A stretch of 62,550 bases of DNA, counting the filler. It is 8 parts of 8 records of this genome, joined end to end, with 100 filler letters (N's around TTAATTAATTAA, not from the genome) between each part and the next. Parts side by side here need not be neighbours in the genome. Positions count along the whole stretch, not along the records: positions 43,294 to 62,550 come from SRR31147125_33579; 7 more parts are not named here. One strand, given 5' to 3'. Made by a program: the position numbers and the translations under genes. The notes under the pieces were generated by a model. The model saw only the letters and a program-made list of their open reading frames with translations, made no database searches and was not told the DNA's origin. Below are positions 54,586-62,550 of the stretch, piece after piece (within the stretch, counting starts at the first letter, position 1; each line of letters starts with the position of its first letter).

Positions 54586-55737
54586 ATGGAAATAAGAAAA
54601 ATAGGCATTATTTTAAGTGGAGTCACAGGACGAATGGGTACAAATCAGCATTTAAAACGCTCCATTTTAGGGATAATAAATCAAGGTGGAATCAAAGTAT
54701 CTGATGATTTGGTTCTTATGCCTGAACCCATTCTTGTCGGACGTAACGCTAACAAACTGGAATTACTGGCCCGTGAAACAGGGGTTGAGAATTGGACAAC
54801 AGATCTGGATAGTGCCCTGGCAGATGATCAGTACCCCATTTTCTTTGATTCAAGTGGTACGTTACAACGGTCCGGATTTGTAGAAAAAGCTGTCATGGCA
54901 AAAAAAGCCATCTATTGTGAAAAACCCACAGCTGTTAACACAAAAGAGGCCATTCGATTAGCAAAACTATGTGAAGACGCGGGATTAAAAAACGGCGTCG
55001 TCCAGGATAAACTCTGGTTACCGGGATTTCGTAAATTACAAATGATTAAAGATCAGGGATTTTTTGGTGACATATTAAGCGTACGAGGCGAATTTGGCTA
55101 CTGGGTATTTACAGGAGAACATTATGATCAGTCAGCCCAACGGCCCAGCTGGAATTACCGTAAAGAAGATGGCGGCGGTATTATCATAGATATGCTATGC
55201 CATTGGCGTTATGTTGTTGACAATCTTTTTGGTGATATCGCATCTGTGAGCTGCAAAGGAGCGACTCATATTCCAACCCGATATGACGAGCAGGGCAAAG
55301 CCTATAAAGCGACAGCAGATGATTCCGCTTATGCCACTTTTGAATTAAAAAACGGCATAATATGTCATTTTAATTCAAGTTGGAATGTCAGAGTCCGGCG
55401 CGATGATCTGCTTACCTTACAGGTTGATGGTACCAAAGGTTCCGCAGTCGTTGGTTTACGCTCCTGCAAGGTTCAATCAGCTGCCATGACACCGAAACCA
55501 GTCTGGAATCCTGACATCGAATCCCCAATCGACTATTTTCAGGACTGGCATGAAGTACCTGATTGCACCGAATATGAAAATGCGTTTAAAATTCAATGGG
55601 AATTGTTTATCAGACATGTTGTCCTGGATGAACCATTCAAGTGGACATTGAGAGAGGGTGCCAAGGGTGTTCAGCTGGCAGAAGCGGGAATACAAAGTTG
55701 GCAGGAACGAAAATGGATCGATCTTACTGATATTTAA
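54586..55737 (+). CDS. Gfo/Idh/MocA oxidoreductase
   Basis: GVTGRMG, CEKP, GGGIIIDM.CH. Confidence 0.92.
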   Translation: MEIRKIGIILSGVTGRMGTNQHLKRSILGIINQGGIKVSDDLVLMPEPILVGRNANKLELLARETGVENWTTDLDSALADDQYPIFFDSSGTLQRSGFVEKAVMAKKAIYCEKPTAVNTKEAIRLAKLCEDAGLKNGVVQDKLWLPGFRKLQMIKDQGFFGDILSVRGEFGYWVFTGEHYDQSAQRPSWNYRKEDGGGIIIDMLCHWRYVVDNLFGDIASVSCKGATHIPTRYDEQGKAYKATADDSAYATFELKNGIICHFNSSWNVRVRRDDLLTLQVDGTKGSAVVGLRSCKVQSAAMTPKPVWNPDIESPIDYFQDWHEVPDCTEYENAFKIQWELFIRHVVLDEPFKWTLREGAKGVQLAEAGIQSWQERKWIDLTDI

Positions 55738-55900
55738 TAACAAGTTGCTTGCTGAAACACGAGTATGCTCCAGACATGATTTTATAAATTTCATCCCAAT
55801 AACCATCAAGGGTGAAACATAAAATATGATATAAATATATAAATACGATCATATTCCTTTTTGTATGAACATTAAACAGCTATCAAAACAGGAGTTAAAT

Positions 55901-56890
55901 GTGTCTTATTCACCTTCAGATGCACGATATAAAGATATGATTTATAATCGCTGCGGGAAAAGCGGCTTAAAACTGCCTGCAATTTCTCTCGGCCTCTGGC
56001 ACAATTTCGGTGGCGTCGACACGCTTGAAAACGCCAGAGAAATGATTCACCGGGCCTTTGACCTGGGGATCACACATTTTGACCTGGCAAATAATTACGG
56101 ACCACCTCCAGGATCGGCAGAGGAAAACTTTGGCCGAATTTTACAGCAGGACTTGGCTTCTTATCGTGATGAACTCATCATCTCTTCAAAGGCCGGGTAT
56201 TATATGTGGCCCGGTCCCTATGGCGAGTGGGGCTCGCGAAAATATCTGGTAGCCAGTCTCGACCAAAGTCTGAAACGCATGGGCCTGGATTATGTGGATA
56301 TTTATTATTCTCACCGCCCGGATCCGGAAACGCCTTTGGAAGAAACAATGGCAGCACTTGATTTTATCGTACGACAGGGCAAAGCTCTTTACGCAGGAAT
56401 TTCTTCATACCCTCCGGAGCAGACACGCCAGGCAGCACAAATTCTAAAGGAACTTGGCACACCGTGTTTAATCCATCAGCCCAATTACAATATGTTCGAT
56501 CGCTGGATTGAGGATGGCCTTTTAGAAGAACTGCAACAGCAACATATGGGATGTATTGTCTTTTCTCCTTTGGCTCAGGGTATGCTCAGTACAAAATATC
56601 TAAATGGAATTCCGAAAAATTCACGAGCGGCCAAGGCGCACGGCTTTTTAAAAAAGGAACAAATTACAATAGATAAAATAGCAAAAATCCAAAAATTGAA
56701 CAAACTGGCCCAGGCTCGAGGGCAATCACTGGCACAAATGGCCATTGCCTGGGTATTACGCCATCCTGGTATGACATCCGCTCTCATTGGTGCCAGCAAA
56801 ATTAGCCAGATTGAGGAAATCGTGGCCACGTTAAATAACCTTACCTTTGAGCAGAATGAACTGGATACAATAGAAGAGATATTGACGTAA
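55901..56890 (+). CDS. yghZ: Aldo/keto reductase, L-glyceraldehyde-3-phosphate reductase (YghZ/MgrA)
   Basis: LGLWHNFG, FDLANNYGPPPGSAE, SKAGY; GTG start after CAGGAG. Confidence 0.93.
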   Translation: MSYSPSDARYKDMIYNRCGKSGLKLPAISLGLWHNFGGVDTLENAREMIHRAFDLGITHFDLANNYGPPPGSAEENFGRILQQDLASYRDELIISSKAGYYMWPGPYGEWGSRKYLVASLDQSLKRMGLDYVDIYYSHRPDPETPLEETMAALDFIVRQGKALYAGISSYPPEQTRQAAQILKELGTPCLIHQPNYNMFDRWIEDGLLEELQQQHMGCIVFSPLAQGMLSTKYLNGIPKNSRAAKAHGFLKKEQITIDKIAKIQKLNKLAQARGQSLAQMAIAWVLRHPGMTSALIGASKISQIEEIVATLNNLTFEQNELDTIEEILT

Positions 56891-56892
56891 TT

Positions 56893-57777
56893 ATGAATGT
56901 CGGAATACTTTATGCCATTGGCGCCTATTTATTGTGGGGACTGTTACCTGTTTTCTGGAAATCTATTTCACATATTCCAGCAAGTGAGATCCTGAGCCAT
57001 CGTATGGTTTGGTCTTTGGCTTTTGCGTTAATCCTGCTAATTTACAGGAAACAATGGCATTGGTTACGACCTGCCGTCAGAGACTTTAAAACACTTTTAA
57101 CTTTTCTGGTAACCTCAGGTCTTCTCGCTATAAATTGGTTCACCTATATCTGGGCGGTAAATTCAGGTTATATCGTTGAAGCAAGTCTCGGTTATTTTAT
57201 GAATCCTCTGTTAAATGTGCTATTGGGTGTTATTTTTTTGAAAGAAAAACTGCGTTTTTGGCAGGGTGGTGCGCTTGTTTTAGCTGCTACTGGCGTCCTT
57301 TATATGACACTGATATATGGTTCATTTCCCTGGATTGCACTGACACTTGCCTTTACATTCGGATTTTATGGTCTTTTAAAGAAAACAGCTCCACTTGAAT
57401 CACTCGAGGGCCTGTCTCTGGAAATGCTGTATTTATTTTTACCAGCGTTGTTCTACCTGCTCCACCTGAATTCATTGGGTACAGGCTCTTTTGGAAATAC
57501 AAACATGACGACCACTATTCTTCTTTCGTTTACTGGCATAGCAACAGCATTACCTCTTCTCTGGTTTGCCTATGGTGCCAGAAAGGTCACACTTACAACG
57601 CTGGGCTTCCTGCAATACATAGCTCCGACTTTACAATTTTTGCTTGGCGTATTTGTATACCACGAACATATGAATAAAACTCGCATGTTTGCCTTTATAG
57701 CTATCTGGATTGCGTTATTCATTTATTCTTACGAGGCATATTATAATGTAAAAACAAGAAAAATGAATGTGACTTAA
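56893..57777 (+). CDS. rarD: EamA-family transporter RarD
   Basis: AYLLWGLLP, EASLGYFMNP, LQYIAPTLQF. Confidence 0.94.
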   Translation: MNVGILYAIGAYLLWGLLPVFWKSISHIPASEILSHRMVWSLAFALILLIYRKQWHWLRPAVRDFKTLLTFLVTSGLLAINWFTYIWAVNSGYIVEASLGYFMNPLLNVLLGVIFLKEKLRFWQGGALVLAATGVLYMTLIYGSFPWIALTLAFTFGFYGLLKKTAPLESLEGLSLEMLYLFLPALFYLLHLNSLGTGSFGNTNMTTTILLSFTGIATALPLLWFAYGARKVTLTTLGFLQYIAPTLQFLLGVFVYHEHMNKTRMFAFIAIWIALFIYSYEAYYNVKTRKMNVT

Positions 57778-58408
57778 TATCCAGCGGTCCTAACCAAATT
57801 CCTCACTTCACCAGTCACTTTTTTCATGCACAGAACGTCAATTCCGTCTTGACATGAAAAGACCATGAAATTAGACAACCCGATTATCTGGTTTTTACAC
57901 TATAAATGTAATATTGTAACTGTATTTAATATCCCCCCAATAACGAGATTTTTAATGCAACGAACCATACTGCCTGTTCATTAAAATAATACATTGTAAG
58001 AAAAATTAATGTGTAACTCATCTGAAACATTTCTCACTTTCTATCGTAAATAATGCCGGGGACAGGTGCATTTTGACGTGATGTATCCAATCCTTACTAT
58101 TTAAAGCTGGAACAAACATAAGAAATACCTCAGGCAAGAAAAACGCTAGAGTGAATTGCACAACTCAACATAAAATGACAATACGTAAACTGATGGATTA
58201 ATAACCCTAGTATCACTGAGTGAAACGGAATCAACAGCAACTGTATGAAAACAATAATCATTAATATTCACGCCCCGCCTCTATTATTTTTATCCTTTCA
58301 TAAATATCATTCATCAATTCTTTAAAAACAATTTCATTACATTTAATTCAACACAAATAAAATTTGAAAACAACAATCAGATACCATCAAACAGGGAAAA
58401 GACAAATC

Positions 58409-60458
58409 ATGAAAAAAATGTTGAAAAAGAAAATTTTAATCTATTTTGCCGGCCTTTTACTATGTACGGGTTTTAATTCATGTTCCAAAACATCCGGACA
58501 AAAAGAACCACCCCTTGATCCTAAAAATATGGATTTAAGTGTAAAGCCGGGTGAAGACTTTTTCACATATGCAAATGGAACATGGATGAAAAACAATCCA
58601 ATCCCGGATGAATTTAGCCGTTACAGTGCTTTTGAACTGTTAATAGACAGAAACTATGACGATCTGCAGGATTTATTAAAAGAGGCATCTTTAAGAAAAT
58701 CTGAAAAAGGAAGTATTCAACAAAAAATTGGTGATTTTTATGCCTGTGGTATGGATAGCACCAAAATTGAGGCAGATGGGATAACTCCTCTCAAGGATGA
58801 AATGGATAAAATCCAAAACATTCAAACAAGAGAAGACATACCAAAAGAAATTGCCCACCTCCATAGCTATGACATTAGCAGTTTGTTTGAAATCTATGCG
58901 GCTCAGGACGAAAAAAACAGTGACATGGTCATCACTCAACTTGGCCAGGGCGGATTGGGACTTCCTGATCGGGATTATTATTTAAAAGACGATGCCCGCT
59001 CTAAGGAAATCCGACAAGAATATGAAAAACATATCACAAAGATGTTCATCCTTTTAGGTGAAGACAATCAAAAAGCGTCGGATACGGCACAGAAAATAGT
59101 GCAATTCGAAACACGTTTAGCAAAGGCATCCATGAGCCGTCTGGATCGACGTGATCCACATAAAACCTATCATAAAATGAATCTGTCAAAACTGTCCCGC
59201 ATATCCCGTAAAATAGACTGGACATCATATTTTACCAACATCGGTCTTGCAAATCCGGATGATATTAATGTTCATCAACCTGCATTTTTTAAAGAAATCA
59301 GTAAAATAATGCAAGATACTCCGATTGAAACCTGGAAAACCTATCTAAGCTGGAATCTACTGAACGATACAGCCAGATTCCTGAATTCAGACCTGGTCAA
59401 TCAGGATTTTCATTTTTATGGTACTATTTTATCCGGAAGAAAAAATACAACCTCGATGGAAAAGAATGCTTCAATCTACAAATAACGCGCTTGGAGAAGC
59501 AGTGGGACAACTGTATGTTGAAAAATACTTTCCACCCGAAGCAAAAACAAGGATGCTGGAGCTTGTATCGAATCTAAAAAAATCATTTAAACAAAGAATA
59601 AAAAATGTAGAATGGATGAGTGATGATACAAAAAAGAAGGCACTGGAAAAACTAGACGTCATGCACGTTAAAATTGGCTATCCGGATAAATGGATTGATT
59701 ATTCTTCGCTTGACATTGACCGCAGCTCCTATTTATCCATTGCGTTACGTGCCAGTAATTTTAATTTTAAAAGAAATATGGCAAAAATCGGCAAACCAGT
59801 GGATCGAGGTGAATGGCATATGACACCACAGACTGTGAATGCCTATTATAATCCGAATTCAAATGAAATTGTATTTCCGGCAGCTATCTTACAATTCCCA
59901 TTTTTTAACATGGAAGCCGATGATGCTGTCAATTATGGCGCTATTGGATTTGTCATCGGCCATGAGATGACGCATGGATTTGACGATCAGGGTCGTTTGT
60001 ATGACAAAAACGGAAATCTGGACGAATGGTGGAATGAACAAGATGCAAAAAGATTTAAGCAAAGAGCACAGGTGTTGGTGGAACAATATGATTCTTTTGT
60101 GGCAATTGATACAATGCATGTAAACGGCAAACTCACCCTGGGCGAGAACATTGCTGACCTGGGTGGATTAAACATTTCCTTTGAAGCGATGCAAATGTCT
60201 TTTAAAGACAATTCGCGTCCGGAAAATATTGATGGCTTTACCCCGGAACAACGCTTTTTCCTTTCAGCTGCCCAGGTATGGCGACAAAATATTCGCGACA
60301 AAGAATTGATGCGAAGAATTAAAGAAGATGTCCATTCACCCGGTCGTTTCAGAGTTAATGGACCCATAGCCAATATGCCGGAATTCCATCAGGCTTTTCA
60401 AATCAAAGAAGGCGATCGTTTGTACAAATCAGAACAAGAACGCGCTAAAATATGGTGA
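58409..60458 (+). CDS. M13 metalloendopeptidase (PepO-like lipoprotein), frameshift at A6 run near 59440
   Basis: DFFTYANG, GLPDRDYY, VNAYY, HEMTH, ENIAD, HSP. Confidence 0.93.
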
Positions 60459-60608
60459 TTATCCATTCAGAAATCAACCACAATAAAAATTATCACCAAA
60501 AATGAACTGGAATAAAAAAAAACACTTTTATAACATATATGAATTGATTAAGTTACAATAGTTCTTTTCCGATTTTTAATTAAAAATTATTTTACTATTT
60601 ATAAAGGA

Positions 60609-60648
60609 CGCTGCGGGTCCAGGTTATATTTCCCGCAGCGATTTTTTT
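60609..60648 (+). terminator. Rho-independent terminator
   Basis: CGCTGCGGG…CCCGCAGCG followed by T7. Confidence 0.65.
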
Positions 60649-60670
60649 ATCTTTGAAAAAAAATATTATA

Positions 60671-61084
60671 ATGATTGTTGATTACGAAAAACACAAAAAC
60701 GAGATACACCATATTCGTAAAATCGTTTTTATAGATGAACAGGGTGTTTCAGAGGATTTAGAAATCGATGGACAGGACGAGAATTGTTATCATGTTTTAG
60801 CATATAATGAGAACAATGTTCCTGTCGGTACAGGACGAATGCAGAAAAATGGTCATATTGGCAGAATAGCGGTTTTGAAAGAGTGGCGAAGGCAAGGTTT
60901 TGGATGGCTTATTCTGGATAAATTAACAATGTACGCAAAACAACGTAAACTGGATAATGTCTTTCTCAATGCCCAAACACATGCTTTATCCTTTTATGAA
61001 AAAGCCGGATTCATAGAAGAGGGTGATATCTTTTATGAAGCAAATATCCCGCATTTAAAAATGGTTAAAAGCCTGAGCAAATAA
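60671..61084 (+). CDS. GNAT N-acetyltransferase (ElaA/YjcF-like)
   Basis: IRKIVFIDEQ, IGRIAV…RRQGFG, FYEKAGF. Confidence 0.92.
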   Translation: MIVDYEKHKNEIHHIRKIVFIDEQGVSEDLEIDGQDENCYHVLAYNENNVPVGTGRMQKNGHIGRIAVLKEWRRQGFGWLILDKLTMYAKQRKLDNVFLNAQTHALSFYEKAGFIEEGDIFYEANIPHLKMVKSLSK

Positions 61085-61355
61085 AAAAGTTATCTTTTAT
61101 TTTTTTTAAATTATTATTATTTTATAAAATAAATTCAATTGATTATCAGTTTAACTATCTAAAAGTAAAGACTTACTATAGATAAAATATTATCGTTTTT
61201 TGCCTTCCGGACGAATCTGTTTGTCGTAAAAAAAGGTGTATTACTTTAAAAAAATGTATATATTTTATAATCATCAAGGTGTCCAAAATTCAGGTACAAT
61301 TTACTAAAAAAATTCATACCTGGCATTGATCGGCTATTCCAGAAAAGGCTAAAGA

Positions 61356-62156
61356 ATGCTACACTTTAAAAAGTATGAGCTCGGTAAAGATCATGATTGG
61401 GTCGTCTTTGTACATGGAGCAGGAGGAAGTTCTTCCATTTGGTACAAACAAATCCGGGATTTCAAAAAACATTTTAATGTGCTCCTTATTGACTTGCGTG
61501 GCCATGGACTTTCACAAAACATTTTAAAAGTAACAAAACAATTTAAATATACCTTCGAAAACGTCAGTTCTGACATTATCGAAGTGCTCGATTATCTTGT
61601 CATTCGTAAAGCGCATTTCGTTGGCATCTCACTTGGAACGATTCTGATTCGTACCATTTCGGATCTGGCACCAGATAGAATTGCGTCCATGGTTATGGGT
61701 GGTGCAATCACACGGTTAAATTTTCGTTCTCGTTTTTTTGTCATGATTGGTAATATTTTCAAGCATATGGTTCCTTTTATTTGGCTGTATAAATTTTTTG
61801 CCTGGATCATCATGCCCAGAAAACGACACAAAGAAGGACGTCTTTTATTTATAAGTCAGGCTAAAAAAGTATGCCACGATGAATTTATACGCTGGTTCAA
61901 GCTAACGTGGGAAGTAAAACCACTCCTCACTCTTTTTGAAGAAAAAGAACCAACAAAGCCCACACTTTATATCATGGGTGAGGAAGATTATATGTTCCTG
62001 CCAGCCGTGCGTAACCTGATGGGTAAACATAAAAATAGCCATTTAAAAGTGATAGCAAATACCGGACACGTTTGTAACGTTGAAAATCCAATCATCTTTA
62101 ATAAATATGCTATTTCTTTTATAAAGGCACATCCTGGTTATCAACTAACAAATTGA
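61356..62156 (+). CDS. Alpha/beta hydrolase
   Basis: HGAGG, DLRGHG, GISLG, GHV. Confidence 0.92.
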   Translation: MLHFKKYELGKDHDWVVFVHGAGGSSSIWYKQIRDFKKHFNVLLIDLRGHGLSQNILKVTKQFKYTFENVSSDIIEVLDYLVIRKAHFVGISLGTILIRTISDLAPDRIASMVMGGAITRLNFRSRFFVMIGNIFKHMVPFIWLYKFFAWIIMPRKRHKEGRLLFISQAKKVCHDEFIRWFKLTWEVKPLLTLFEEKEPTKPTLYIMGEEDYMFLPAVRNLMGKHKNSHLKVIANTGHVCNVENPIIFNKYAISFIKAHPGYQLTN

Positions 62157-62550
62157 TCTGTTTATCAAAGTTGAATTTGATTCTGATGTTCTTTGATATC
62201 TTTACATGAAATATTCCAGTTATCCATAATATGAATTGGATTAAGAGGAAACGAGTTCAACTGATAATAGAATTACTTTATTAATAAAGAATTTAGTAAG
62301 AGTAATCTCTTTATATTGTTTATTGGACTCGAAGACCATACTTTTAAAATAGATAAAAGGCTATTTGGAAAATTCGAGAATGAACGGTCCAATGATTTAT
62401 GAAAAGAGCAGTATCCAACCGATTTTTAACGACCATCCTGGGCTCTCCCTTTCAATCCTTCTACCAGTGATGAAATTATTCGTTCATTATCGATACGCAA
62501 AATCCACTATTTAATTGTATCTTTATTGACACGGTCTTTTTCGAAAAAAA

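Noticed and set aside
57780-58400. Long intergenic region before the M13 peptidase
   Set aside because: AT-rich, with no convincing ORF, repeat or RNA motif visible.
62160-62550. Possible minus-strand coding remnant at the window end
   Set aside because: The most plausible frame has several stops and no recognisable motif.

Overview
The window is not one locus. It is eight unrelated contigs joined by artificial 100-nt linkers (N44-TTAATTAATTAA-N44): 1-5240, 5341-12444, 12545-19710, 19811-25374, 25475-30759, 30860-37464, 37565-43193 and 43294-62550. They differ in composition and gene content, as expected for metagenomic fragments of anaerobic bacteria (inferred: deltaproteobacteria-like and FCB/KSB1-like). 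Most genes are ordinary enzymes and regulators, and about ten are split by indels at homopolymer runs, most likely sequencing errors. Non-coding features include a complete tmRNA (tag AENNFALAA), the terminal end of a type I-E-like CRISPR array, REP-like hairpins and degenerate attC-like sites around budA. The best candidate for an undescribed system is at 20540-20962. An unannotated small membrane-protein ORF (…PKMGVQT-UGA-MSASC…) and an FmdB-type zinc-ribbon gene (…GCGSGGFT-UGA-GL) lie in tandem, and each has a SECIS-like hairpin just after an in-frame UGA. This suggests a two-selenoprotein operon, followed by a HAD phosphatase and a pentaheme cytochrome c. Other points of interest are a standalone adenylation/carrier/dehydrogenase cassette with an agmatinase and an Fe-S oxidoreductase, an AbiE toxin-antitoxin pair with defence-like neighbours, and a Crp/Fnr-controlled permease operon.
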